Shown here piece by piece: positions 37,336 through 47,447 of a DNA stretch of 64,000 nucleotides. The stretch is from a virus (Duplodnaviria > Caudoviricetes). The notes under the pieces are model-generated. The model worked only from the letters and a program-made list of their open reading frames with translations, made no database searches and had not been told where the DNA came from. How positions within the stretch are numbered: the stretch's first letter is position 1; every line of letters begins with the position of its first letter. The translations under genes and the position numbers were made by a program. Where the stretch lies: IMG/VR virus record IMGVR_UViG_3300010352_001202. One strand, 5' to 3'.

Positions 37336-37410
37336 GGGCGTTTAGCTCAGGGGTAGAGCGTTGCGTTTACACCGCAAATGTCCGGGGTTCGAAACCCTGA
37401 ACGCCCACCA
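37336..37410 (+). tRNA. tRNA-Val(TAC)
   Basis: TTGCG-TTTACAC-CGCAA. Confidence 0.92.
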
Positions 37411-37414
37411 GAAA

Positions 37415-37897
37415 ACTTGGCGCGTTTCACAAGACCCGTTTGGGCTGTGTGACGGATAACAGTAAGGGAGTGCAAACCCTGAGCCAGTCCAGTTCGCATC
37501 AAGTCCGCAGATGTAAAATCCGGTCCGAGGATTGTTGTTCAACTCGTAATAAGAAACAACAAGGCGGGAGTCTTTGACATCACAGCGGTTTTACTATTCC
37601 GGAGTTAAAATTTAGTACGCGAGTTGAAGCGTTAGTGAGGTACGTCGAAAACACCAAGCGAAACACAAATTCCACACACTGGCATATTGTGTAAGATATG
37701 CCCCCGAGCTGCGTAGGGTTACGACGCAGTGGGTTCTTGTTGTGTTATCCCTAAAATACGGCGGCAGTATTCGGTTCTCTGCCTAACCCACCCGATCTGT
37801 TTGGAATACATTTACAGCCTAAATGTCAGTGAGTAGGAACACTTTCTATCCATGGATAGTAAAACATACCGGGGGCCGAACCGTTAGGGAGGGATAA
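37415..37897 (+). ncRNA. Candidate large structured RNA(s)
   Basis: No ORF; CTTGG/CCAAG, TTATCCCT/AGGGATAA, GGCATAT/ATATGCC, CTGCGT/ACGCAG. Confidence 0.5.
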
Positions 37898-38195
37898 TTG
37901 GAAAATTCCCGAACAAGCTATAATTTAGGAACAGAAATGAAATTTATCGGTAATGTGCTAGACAAGATAGCGAATGCTGTATGTGACTTCTTTGGAGTTG
38001 CAGACAAGGATTCGGGTGTTGTATTAGGGACATTTGTTATTTTTGTTGTTTTCATCTCTGTAGTTAGTGGTGTAGGATTGCTGTCGGCCTGGTTGTTGGG
38101 TATTCCGTGGTGGAGTACATGGGCAATAGCATTCTTGTATTACATGATTCTAGTCGTGAAAGCGAACAACGATATAAATAGTAGATAGAAGATTT

Positions 38196-38271
38196 CAGGG
38201 TTTAGTGTAGCCTGGTAACACGATTGCTTTGGGAGCAATTATCGAGAGTTCGAATCCCTCATCCCTGACCA
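38196..38271 (+). tRNA. tRNA-Pro(TGG)
   Basis: ATTGC-TTTGGGA-GCAAT. Confidence 0.9.
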
Positions 38272-38377
38272 TAACATGATAAAATATAAATGCCAATGCG
38301 GCAAAGAAAACTGGGCAGATCAGAAGGTTTGCCCTATCTGTGGAAGAATTGTAAAGCCTCCACATAAACAGTCTTGA

Positions 38378-38859
38378 GGATGGTACACTAAACGTGCCTC
38401 AATACTCTGCCTGAGGATAATAGGCGGTGCACACCGGCCTTAGCGCGCGTGAACTGTTACATGTCATGAAATACATGTCAAGTCTCGCATTAGACTTGTA
38501 GGTTATGATAAAGATCCCATTTCGGCGCGCACGGTTTGGGTCATGCTTTGGGGGCATGTAAAAGTGACATAACTAAACTGGGTTTACCACCTATAGCACA
38601 TTTTCTAGGTAACGGGCAGCGAAGAAAGTGATATGCCGGTGGTATATGTAGTCCCTCAGTGATAAGGAGGCAAACTGCTGATATTCCTGTCTTACTATAT
38701 CACCTCCCGGATGTTGGGAAAATGCGCAAAGAACTATGGCATAGGAGAAAACCCATAGGGCGTGCGGCAAGGTTTGGCTAAGTATCTTGATATTGATTTA
38801 TCTTGTTGAAAACCGTTTGAGCCGTGCAGGTAACTTTATGACCGGTTAGCAAAACATCC
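38378..38859 (+). ncRNA. Candidate large structured RNA (~480 nt)
   Basis: Closing GGATG/CATCC; GCACGGTTT/GAGCCGTGC; many short hairpins. Confidence 0.5.
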
Positions 38860-38870
38860 ACCTAATTTTT

Positions 38871-39578
38871 ATGAAAATCCACACTAAGAAATTTGTAGGC
38901 ACACCGTTTATTGTTACGGCCGAAAATATCCCAAATGAGCCAGGTGCGTGGGATTCGGCTAAAATCGCCATTTGGCGGGATGAAGTTTTGATCGGTGAAT
39001 ATATTCGTAACTATGCCAGTTACGCCATAATGACATTTTATCCGTTTCAAGTCGGTAATGAATGGTATGCACTCTACAGTGCTGATTATACCACTACTCG
39101 TGTAATGAAACTTCACGAAGATAGGATCGAAGATTGGTGTGGCGAACATCCTGCAATGGGAGGGTTTTGCCCTGTTGAATATTATATTCCGCGCTATAAT
39201 AAATCCATTGACTCGTATAGCGTAAATGAAGAAAAACATGAGTTTGATGTATATCAGATGGACAACGATTATACGAGCATGGAAGCGTTTGTTGCCGATT
39301 GGGATAAGCCTAAATTTGTAGAAACACAGTTCTGTAATTTTGCTTTTGTATGCGGCTGTATCTGGGGCGATGACTCAACCTGGAAATTACGGTATATCGA
39401 GCTTGCAGGCATTCCTGAAAAAGAATTACTTATTACAGAAAAATTTGGTTACTGGGAATTACCCACTCAAATGACACTAAGACAGTGCATTAATATGTCT
39501 AATTGGGAACCCGACCATAATTGGGTTGAACTTACTAGAATGGAGCATTTTAATCTCAAAACCGGCGAACGGTGCTGA
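38871..39578 (+). CDS. Hypothetical protein
   Basis: 235 aa ORF. Confidence 0.7.
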   Translation: MKIHTKKFVGTPFIVTAENIPNEPGAWDSAKIAIWRDEVLIGEYIRNYASYAIMTFYPFQVGNEWYALYSADYTTTRVMKLHEDRIEDWCGEHPAMGGFCPVEYYIPRYNKSIDSYSVNEEKHEFDVYQMDNDYTSMEAFVADWDKPKFVETQFCNFAFVCGCIWGDDSTWKLRYIELAGIPEKELLITEKFGYWELPTQMTLRQCINMSNWEPDHNWVELTRMEHFNLKTGERC

Positions 39579-39588
39579 TAAATAAAGT

Positions 39589-40527
39589 ATGGACTTATCG
39601 ACAATAGCAAAAGATACAAAAATAATACTTACAAGCGGTTGTTCGTATTCTGTTATGTTTGCGCATTTGAATGCACACTTTAAGAATGTTCAGCTTATTA
39701 ACCTTGGTGAAGGCGGCAGATCTAATAAATGGATAGCACAAAGCCTTATTTACGCCCTGGAGCAACTCAAAGATCATCCAAGAGAAAATTTATTTGTAAT
39801 GCCTATGTTTACTAGTGTTGATAGGCAAGATTTGTTTGTAGACAAGCATTCTAATAAATTTCATAAAAAATTAGATTTTTTGGATTTTGCTGATCCTGTA
39901 TTTTTTACAGAAGGATTTAGTTACAGACAATATAAATGGTATAATCATATTATCGAGGGTGACAGCAGGTACGACCCCGACAGAATGACTGGATTATTGA
40001 GCATGACAAATCTCGATAAAAACTCAGAATCTGAATATGTGTTTGAAGAATTTGCCGGAAAATACTATACATATTTTCATAATAATTTTGCAGCATTTGA
40101 TTATACATTACAGAATATAATTGCACTTCAGAATTATTGTAAGTTATCGAACACAAATTACTTGATGTTGTCCTGGCAAGATATTTTTCATGACACTTCG
40201 TTTGATAAGTTTTTCATAGTAGGGCAGACATACGACGGTAATCAGTTTAACCACTGCGATTATTCTACTCTAATGAAGCGAATCGATTGTTATCCTGAGT
40301 TAAGGTATTTGTATAACCAGATTGACTTTTCAAATTGGTGGTTTAATGATACAGAGAGATGCAGCACTGGTGGCCTGGCAGACTGGTGTATAGAAAACGG
40401 GCCGGGATTATTCGGGTCAGAAAAAGATAACTGTCATCCGACCAAACCGGGTTATAAAGAATTTGCAAGGAAAGTTCTTGCACCACTTGTGACACAAAAA
40501 ACTGGTTGGTCGACTATACAGAGATAA
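39589..40527 (+). CDS. SGNH/GDSL-like protein
   Basis: GCSYS, NLG.GG.SN, HPT..GY. Confidence 0.7.
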   Translation: MDLSTIAKDTKIILTSGCSYSVMFAHLNAHFKNVQLINLGEGGRSNKWIAQSLIYALEQLKDHPRENLFVMPMFTSVDRQDLFVDKHSNKFHKKLDFLDFADPVFFTEGFSYRQYKWYNHIIEGDSRYDPDRMTGLLSMTNLDKNSESEYVFEEFAGKYYTYFHNNFAAFDYTLQNIIALQNYCKLSNTNYLMLSWQDIFHDTSFDKFFIVGQTYDGNQFNHCDYSTLMKRIDCYPELRYLYNQIDFSNWWFNDTERCSTGGLADWCIENGPGLFGSEKDNCHPTKPGYKEFARKVLAPLVTQKTGWSTIQR

Positions 40528-40596
40528 ATAAGTACACTGTTATAAACAACGGGGGTGTAGCTCAATAAGAGCACAGAGTAATTGCATAAATATGTG

Positions 40597-41046
40597 ATGA
40601 ATAATGGCAAGTATAACACCGAGAATTATAAAAGAAAACAATCTGAAAAGTTAGATAGATTGTATGGTCCGGTTTTGCAACATAAGAAGATTTGTAAATG
40701 TTGTGGATCAGAATTTATCTTTGAAGGAAGACTAGATACAAAAGCCTACGAAAAGGCACAATTTTGTAAAAGAAGTTGTGCTAATAATAGGCAGGAATGG
40801 TGGGATGATAATGCAACACATTATCGAACTATTGCTTTTAGGCATTGGGACGAAAAATGTGCATTGTGCGGATTTGATAAGGTAGTAGCGGTACATCACA
40901 TTGATGAGAGTAAAGAAAATAATTCTTATCGAAACCTAATACCTTTATGCCCAAACCATCATGAAATGTTACATAGTAAGTGGAGACATGAAGTACAACC
41001 GCTTATAGATAGAGCGATAATTGAAAAATTTGGGCCTGTAGTATAA
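40597..41046 (+). CDS. HNH endonuclease
   Basis: CALCG...VHHID...NN...NLIPLCPNHH. Confidence 0.9.
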   Translation: MNNGKYNTENYKRKQSEKLDRLYGPVLQHKKICKCCGSEFIFEGRLDTKAYEKAQFCKRSCANNRQEWWDDNATHYRTIAFRHWDEKCALCGFDKVVAVHHIDESKENNSYRNLIPLCPNHHEMLHSKWRHEVQPLIDRAIIEKFGPVV

Positions 41047-41105
41047 TGGGATTACGGTAGCTTTGCAAGCTATTTATAGGAGTTCGATTCTCCTCAGGTC
41101 CACCA
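41032..41105 (+). tRNA. tRNA-Ala(TGC)
   Basis: G3.U70, GTAGC-TTTGCAA-GCTAT. Confidence 0.9.
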
Positions 41106-41316
41106 AAACACATAACATGATTAGAAAACTAAATGAACTTAGTGGCGACCAATGGTCCTTTATTTGGTCCGTTACTGGTGGAAATGAAGGATGTGATCAT
41201 GCGTATGAAGAATTTAACGCAGTAGAAGAAGACGATTATACCGCAGTCTATAATTGTGTACATTGTAACGCCAAGTTGGATTATGATGTAAGTGATATAA
41301 GTGATTAAGGACACGC

Positions 41317-41697
41317 ATGTCTATTAGACTTAGTAGAGATTATTCAGATTATCTGCCTTTACCGACAGCAGAAAACTTAGATATACTCCGGAAACAATGC
41401 AAATTGTTAACCTGCGAACAACTGAATAGCTTGGTATTTTTCCTGTCAGACGAACATAAACGATACACAACAACTATAATTCCAGAAGAAGAAATGCCAT
41501 TACAACAAGCCGAATGGTATGCGATACTCGAATATCAAAAGGTTGTTCAGCAAGAAGTTAAATATAGGAATTTTGTTACCAATTGTGGTAAGGATATAAG
41601 TGAAAAAATGTACGATAATATCATTGGTACCCCAAACAGGGTATTAGATGCTATCTTACAGCAGACAAGGCAATCTTCGCAGAAGATTGGTTTTTGA
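41317..41697 (+). CDS. Hypothetical protein
   Basis: RBS AAGGA. Confidence 0.6.
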   Translation: MSIRLSRDYSDYLPLPTAENLDILRKQCKLLTCEQLNSLVFFLSDEHKRYTTTIIPEEEMPLQQAEWYAILEYQKVVQQEVKYRNFVTNCGKDISEKMYDNIIGTPNRVLDAILQQTRQSSQKIGF

Positions 41698-41705
41698 TAG
41701 ATTAT

Positions 41706-41784
41706 TCCGCACGGGCCGGCGTGGTGTAAGGCAAATGACTGTTAATCATTCTCAAGCTAGGTTCAACTCCTAGGTGCGGAGCCA
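41706..41784 (+). tRNA. tRNA-Asn(GTT)
   Basis: AATGA-CTGTTAA-TCATT. Confidence 0.88.
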
Positions 41785-41786
41785 TA

Positions 41787-42329
41787 ATGTCAAAAAGTAG
41801 TGAAGCTGTAAAAAGATGGAGAGCTAATACCAAAGACAGAATGGTAAAGGCAATGGGTAGTAAATGTCAGTGTTGTGGTTATAATACATGTAATAATTCT
41901 TTGGCATTTCATCATATTGATCCAAAAAGAAAAGATTTAACATTTGCAGATACAAGGGCAAATCCTCAAAAATGGAATCTAATTGTTGAGGAGTTAAGAA
42001 AGTGTATTCTGGTATGCCATAATTGCCATGCTGAAATACATGCAGGTATTAGGACTATACCGGAAATTTATTTTATATTTGATGAATCTTTCGCAGATTA
42101 TAAGATAGAAACAGAATATAATTTTTGTATCTGTGGTAAAGAAAAACCACAGACGTTTAAATTTTGTAGTCATAAATGTGCTGCCACAAATCGTCGTAAG
42201 GTCGATTGGAATAATATTGATTTAATTGAATTATTAAAAAATCATAGCATTACCGAATTAGAGGATAAACTAGGAATCTCGAATGCTGCTATATACAAAA
42301 GACGAGATAAGATACTAAATAAGAAATGA
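41787..42329 (+). CDS. HNH endonuclease
   Basis: CQCCGY...LAFHH.DP...EL.KCILVCHNCH. Confidence 0.88.
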   Translation: MSKSSEAVKRWRANTKDRMVKAMGSKCQCCGYNTCNNSLAFHHIDPKRKDLTFADTRANPQKWNLIVEELRKCILVCHNCHAEIHAGIRTIPEIYFIFDESFADYKIETEYNFCICGKEKPQTFKFCSHKCAATNRRKVDWNNIDLIELLKNHSITELEDKLGISNAAIYKRRDKILNKK

Positions 42330-42670
42330 AACTAAAATACATTTTTGACGAAGAACAGGTATTCGAAAGCGAAACCGATAATGCACCGCGTGTTGGCGAG
42401 ATGGTCTTTTTTGAAGAAATCTTCTTTGTTGAAAATGTAGTTTGGTATCCAAAGGATGGAGAGGTTCGCATTTTTCTTTCGGACAGAGCAATGGCAAAAC
42501 CGAAGGTTGCGGAATCTAAGGCAAAGGTAGTAAACTTACATTTAGTTGGACAAGCACAGCAGACAGCCGACAAGGCGCTTAAAGAAGCATCCGAACTAAA
42601 AAGACAAGTATTCTCAATTAGACAATATCTAAAAAATCAGCCAAAGGCACCGACAAAAAATGACACCTGA
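42326..42670 (+). CDS. Hypothetical protein
   Basis: Coupled ORF. Confidence 0.55.
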   Translation: MKLKYIFDEEQVFESETDNAPRVGEMVFFEEIFFVENVVWYPKDGEVRIFLSDRAMAKPKVAESKAKVVNLHLVGQAQQTADKALKEASELKRQVFSIRQYLKNQPKAPTKNDT

Positions 42671-43076
42671 TAAAAACTATCGTATGGCCCCGCAGATCAA
42701 GACAATGATCACAATGATGAAGGGCACTTCGGAACAAAAGAGTGCATGGAAACGTGCAATGATCGATGCGCAACTGTGCGAAGAGTCTGCTCGTCGTGCT
42801 GCATTGAAGTCAAAGGACAATGGAGATAATAAGGGCAAGGGCCGCGGAGCCGTTGCACCTGAGTAAGTTCAGCCTGGTATGTTCGGTACAATCATAGGAT
42901 TTGGGTCATTTACTATATACCCACCGAGCCTCGGATAATATTAAATTAATTTCATTATCCTTACCAGCATTTTTACTAAGGAATATGTCGCGGATAGATA
43001 TATCTTAAAATAGAATATATAACCCGGACCCTATTATAATATTATATAAATAATGTTATATGTCTATTCCGATTTT

Positions 43077-43150
43077 GCCCTTGTAAGCTAATGGTAAACT
43101 GGCTTCTTGGTATGGAGCATTCGTAGGTTCGATTCCTACCAGGGGCACCA
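43077..43150 (+). tRNA. tRNA-Thr(GGT)
   Basis: GCTTC-TTGGTAT-GGAGC. Confidence 0.88.
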
Positions 43151-43170
43151 AAGATAAATAAATGATCAGA

Positions 43171-43248
43171 CGCGGCGTGGGGAAGCTCGGTAACCCGCTA
43201 GGCTCATAACCTAGAGATCGTTGGTTCAAATCCAACCGTTCGCAACCA
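43171..43248 (+). tRNA. Initiator-like tRNA-Met(CAT)
   Basis: C1:A72 mismatch, loop CTCATAA. Confidence 0.88.
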
Positions 43249-43499
43249 AATTTTATGAAAGTGTTAACAGCACTGTTGGTATACAATCTACCAATATATT
43301 AGGGCTTTTGCTCCGCTGATATGCGTTATCTATTATTACTATGTTTTTTTGGGGTTCACTATGTAGTGTTTTCGGAGAAACGAACTGAAGCTGTGAATAA
43401 GCGGTTGATATACCAGAATCTATCATTGTCAAGAACAATTCACGGGGTCGACCACCGGTAAACGGGTCAGGGTGATATCCGAAACTATCAATAAACAAT

Positions 43500-43578
43500 A
43501 GCAGGCGGGCGGCTGGTAGTCTCGTCAGGTCTCATAAGCCAGAAAAGAGCGTGGTTCGATTCCACGGCACTGCAACCA
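43500..43578 (+). tRNA. tRNA-Met(CAT), atypical
   Basis: Loop CTCATAA, ACCA. Confidence 0.7.
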
Positions 43579-43630
43579 ATTAAAATGCCCTAAAGGGCGC
43601 GGCCCGAACATGCGTGTAACTGTTCTTATT

Positions 43631-43715
43631 GCGGATATGGTGGAATTGGTAGTCACGCCAGCTTGAGGTGCTGGTGCCGAAAGGCGTGGAGGTTCGAGTC
43701 CTCTTATCCGCACCA
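43631..43715 (+). tRNA. tRNA-Leu(GAG)
   Basis: Canonical class II. Confidence 0.93.
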
Positions 43716-43813
43716 ACTTACTACTATTGTAGGATAAATCCCTACTAAGTATTTCCAATTTACCCGATAAATATATGCTATGTGTGGCAGCACACATTGA
43801 TCAATGGAGGCAT

Positions 43814-44464
43814 ATGTCGGGGCTTGTAAGCAAACTAAACACTCTTAAAGCATTCATGGCATCGCTGACATGGATGAAGATAGCTCAACTAGTAGTGTTA
43901 TTTCTAGTTATGGCATTGGCATGGATTACATACGAGACAAGGGAAGATCTTGTAAGGTATATATTTTCGCAGCAAGAACATAACATTCCGTTAAAGAAAC
44001 TATCAGCTAAAACAACAGAAGAATTAAAGGCAGCCATAGGTAAGAATGACCTAGTGGTTGCTGTCGCCGTTAATGTCATAAATTTTAAGACAAACAGCAG
44101 ATATGTGATCTTTTCATATTCGCCAGACAAAGATCTAACCAATGTGTATAATAGATACAATATGGAAAATCTCGAACAACCATTGTTCACAAATAATCCA
44201 GAACATAATAAAAGAATTATAGAACTTATCAATGGCGAATTTGTTTGTCATAAATATATTAACACTATAGGGAGTGTGGATTTACCTGACACCAGAAATT
44301 ACATAGACACAGTCTGTGCTAATGGTGTCCCTCCATATTATGGAAAAATAATCGGTGTTGTTAGTATCTTCACAAAAAGAGAACCAATTCCGGAAGAAGT
44401 AGATCAGATTAGAGTTCTAACAAGAAATCTTGCTATTTTAATTTACGATAAAGAATTAAAATGA
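43814..44464 (+). CDS. T4 gpT-like holin candidate
   Basis: Single N-terminal TM plus periplasmic domain with F.C...C...PP.YG...G pattern. Confidence 0.5.
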   Translation: MSGLVSKLNTLKAFMASLTWMKIAQLVVLFLVMALAWITYETREDLVRYIFSQQEHNIPLKKLSAKTTEELKAAIGKNDLVVAVAVNVINFKTNSRYVIFSYSPDKDLTNVYNRYNMENLEQPLFTNNPEHNKRIIELINGEFVCHKYINTIGSVDLPDTRNYIDTVCANGVPPYYGKIIGVVSIFTKREPIPEEVDQIRVLTRNLAILIYDKELK

Positions 44465-44709
44465 TTACAAATAGTCTCGAATGGAATACCTTACAAGACA
44501 CACTTAGACACCGAGCAAAAGGACTTGGCTATAGTAAGGATGTATTAAGAATGATTAATAATATTCATTCTGAAATAACACAATTATCTATAGCTGAAAT
44601 AGAATCGCGCAGAGGAAGAAGTCACCGTGCAGAAGAACTTCTTATTAAGATAAACCAAGACATAGAACTTGTTGAGGAATATCTTCTTGTCGCCGCACTA
44701 TTAGGATAA
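44461..44709 (+). CDS. Hypothetical protein
   Basis: Coupled ORF. Confidence 0.6.
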   Translation: MITNSLEWNTLQDTLRHRAKGLGYSKDVLRMINNIHSEITQLSIAEIESRRGRSHRAEELLIKINQDIELVEEYLLVAALLG

Positions 44710-44715
44710 GGTGGC

Positions 44716-45306
44716 ATGGCTGATAATAGATCACACTACATTATATATTCGATTGTAATTTTATTCTTATTATTCTGGTCGGTCGTATCGGTGTCCTACT
44801 ACGGATTTAAGCATAGCGAAATTGTACTAGACAAAGAAACAACAGATGATATCATAACAGATGTTGCCCGCATTCCAAATTTTGTGGGAATAATGATTAT
44901 TAGGGCAGATATCCAAACTAATGAACGGCATATAATCTATTCTTATATAGCTGATCCCGAAACTAGAAAATTGTTTACGGATTTCTTTCAGAATAAGACG
45001 GTGACACCTGCACAGCCTTTGTTTGTAAAGGGTGATGATAAGATCAACAATCGGATTGTTCGCTTGATAAATCATCAATACGATTGTTCACCCTGGACTG
45101 ATTTGATTGGTTCTAAGTTTGTCCCTGCTTCCATGTCGACTATCACATCAGCATGTGGAGTTGCAATTCCGCCATCATATGGTGCATTCGATGGCATGGT
45201 AACTATTTTCCTTAGCAAGGAGCCGACAGATGCCGATAGGATTCTTCTCGGAACAGTGCTAAAAGATATTTCAAATGATGTTTCCCGAGCCATGGCAAAA
45301 CATTGA
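44716..45306 (+). CDS. Second gpT-like holin candidate (paralog of 43814)
   Basis: Shared QPLF...N.RI..LIN...C...C...PP.YG. Confidence 0.5.
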   Translation: MADNRSHYIIYSIVILFLLFWSVVSVSYYGFKHSEIVLDKETTDDIITDVARIPNFVGIMIIRADIQTNERHIIYSYIADPETRKLFTDFFQNKTVTPAQPLFVKGDDKINNRIVRLINHQYDCSPWTDLIGSKFVPASMSTITSACGVAIPPSYGAFDGMVTIFLSKEPTDADRILLGTVLKDISNDVSRAMAKH

Positions 45307-45341
45307 CATTTAAGTAATATTCCTATATACTTGACAAACAC

Positions 45342-45435
45342 GGACGCGGTAATCAGACAGGCGTGCTGAGCTATCCTGGAAAGATAGTCGTGTGAGTGAT
45401 CCTCGCATGGGTTTCGAATACCCACCCGTCCTCCA
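45342..45435 (+). tRNA. tRNA-Ser(GGA)
   Basis: CTATC-CTGGAAA-GATAG, long V arm. Confidence 0.8.
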
Positions 45436-45452
45436 TTTAACCAAGTAAAATC

Positions 45453-45839
45453 ATGCAAAATATCCATAGGAATGTTATGAACGCAATCAAAATGAATCGC
45501 GAGCAACTTCTCGCCATTGTCCGTGAAAACAAGATCAAGCACATGGCCGAAGCCGAGGAAGCCGTTCTTGATTACAAGGCACTTGTATTACAGATCGCCC
45601 AAGCCAATGCAAAGTTGGCCAAGACTGGTGACTTGAATGAATTCAAGAAGATGAAGGCCATGCCACAGGCTCCTCAGTCATATGAGTCAAGCTATGCACG
45701 CGCCATTCGCATGCTTGAACTTTCGGTCGAAGAAATCATTGAAGTCGAAGAAGATGTATTCAACCAACTCGTTCTTGACGAGTGGGACTGGAAGCGCGGC
45801 TTCGTAGCAACCTCTGCTATGTATAAGAGCGCATTTTAA
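45453..45839 (+). CDS. Conserved-looking phage hypothetical protein
   Basis: Y.RAIRMLELSV...F.QLVLDEW.W. Confidence 0.7.
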   Translation: MQNIHRNVMNAIKMNREQLLAIVRENKIKHMAEAEEAVLDYKALVLQIAQANAKLAKTGDLNEFKKMKAMPQAPQSYESSYARAIRMLELSVEEIIEVEEDVFNQLVLDEWDWKRGFVATSAMYKSAF

Positions 45840-45935
45840 ACCAGTTGCATAAGATAGGCAACTACACTACATTATGACTTGCAAGACGCCCATAGTGGGC
45901 AAGTAAGTAAACACACATTGAAGGACTAAACTATC

Positions 45936-46517
45936 ATGGCTGAACCAGTCACCGCTGGACTTGCAGCATCCGCGGCAACCGTCGGTGCCGTAGCAACCAC
46001 TACATCGGGAGCCGCATCAACAGGCTTTTTCGCAAGTGCAGCAGGCTTTGCACTTGGCGTCATTGGCGCCTGGGGTCTTCTGATCCTTATCGGCCTGTTT
46101 GTGCTTGGTATCTTGTTTGAACACAACGGTGCCCGTGGCTGGTCTGTGTTCTCTGCAATTGTTACCGCTGCTGTCGCTTATTTCTTCTTCAGCGTCTCGC
46201 TTCTGACTATCGCAATTGGTGCAGCCGCATACATTGTGATCGGCCTGGTGTGGAGCTTCTGGCGATACAAGCGTCATGCGGCAAATGTGGTTGAGGAATA
46301 CCGGCAAGCATCGCAATCGGAAAAGGAACGCGCCCTGCGCCGCCTGCACCCGAAGGAAATGCTCGGTACCATTACTGCGTGGATCCTGATCTGGCCCTTC
46401 AGCTTCGTGGAAAACATGATCGGTGATTTCATCACTGCCATCCAGACGCTGATTACCAAGGTCTTCCGTGGCATCTACCACAGGATCTACGACTCGGCTG
46501 TCGCTGCTCTGAGCTAA
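45936..46517 (+). CDS. Membrane protein
   Basis: 3-4 TM segments, I.AWI..WPFS. Confidence 0.75.
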   Translation: MAEPVTAGLAASAATVGAVATTTSGAASTGFFASAAGFALGVIGAWGLLILIGLFVLGILFEHNGARGWSVFSAIVTAAVAYFFFSVSLLTIAIGAAAYIVIGLVWSFWRYKRHAANVVEEYRQASQSEKERALRRLHPKEMLGTITAWILIWPFSFVENMIGDFITAIQTLITKVFRGIYHRIYDSAVAALS

Positions 46518-46527
46518 GGCAAGGAGC

Positions 46528-46782
46528 ATGGTGAAGATTGACTTCACCAGTTTCGGAGATTTCTCCACATGCCCAGCATGGTGGAGAAATCTTGTGACTG
46601 AAGCAACAAAAGATTTGCCGCAGCAGGACCCGGAGTGGAGTAATGCCATTATCGCTGCATTGCAAAAATACGGTGCTGTAATGGATGACATTGATTCGTG
46701 GCAATTCAACTATGTTATGTTTAGGGATGATGCGGATTTTTTGGCATGTATATTAAGATGGGATTATGAAGATGGCCGCTAA
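46528..46782 (+). CDS. Hypothetical protein
   Basis: RBS AAGGAG. Confidence 0.6.
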   Translation: MVKIDFTSFGDFSTCPAWWRNLVTEATKDLPQQDPEWSNAIIAALQKYGAVMDDIDSWQFNYVMFRDDADFLACILRWDYEDGR

Positions 46783-47164
46783 ACAAGTTATTGTAATGAA
46801 GAAGTTCCCCAAGGATCGCAATATGCGTACCGGGAAATATGTCGCTCAAGGAGCACATGCTTCTGTAGGGGCTATTTTTAGTCTCGGGACTGTGGTGAAT
46901 GATAATCTGGTTATTCCACTTAATGATCCGTTTGTGAAAGAATGGATTACAGGTAGGTTTGCCAAGATAGCACTATATGTCGAAACCGACCAGGAATTGG
47001 TTGATCTCTACAAACAAGCACTTGGCGCGGGCTTGCCTGCCGCACTGATTAAGGATGCAGGGCTGACTGAATTCAATGGCGTGCCTACGCTAACTGCGGT
47101 TGGCATTGGTCCCGGTAATGCAGAAGTTATTGATAAGGTAACCGGTCACTTACCTCTATTTTGA
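46766..47164 (+). CDS. pth2: Peptidyl-tRNA hydrolase, PTH2 family
   Basis: KQVIV...GK..AQ.AHA...W.....KI.L...DAGLTEF...T.TAVGIGP. Confidence 0.92.
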   Translation: MKMAAKQVIVMKKFPKDRNMRTGKYVAQGAHASVGAIFSLGTVVNDNLVIPLNDPFVKEWITGRFAKIALYVETDQELVDLYKQALGAGLPAALIKDAGLTEFNGVPTLTAVGIGPGNAEVIDKVTGHLPLF

Positions 47165-47447
47165 AAGAACAATATGGATTTTATTACCTGGTTTGTCAAA
47201 ACAAACAGAACAGACATTATCGAGAATTGGTTTCCGGTCGCGGGAATGTATTTCTTTTTTGCTGTTATATTTTCCCTCCTTGCTAACAGCTGGATATTAT
47301 TTGGAATAGCGTACACAATTGGCTTCGCAATCTGCGCACCTATTGCATATGTTCTTCTGAAAGAACAATGGGATAAGGTATATAATCGTTACGAGAAGAC
47401 TCGTAAGGAGTAGGTTGCGAGAGGTCGCACAATAAGTTATAGTTTAG

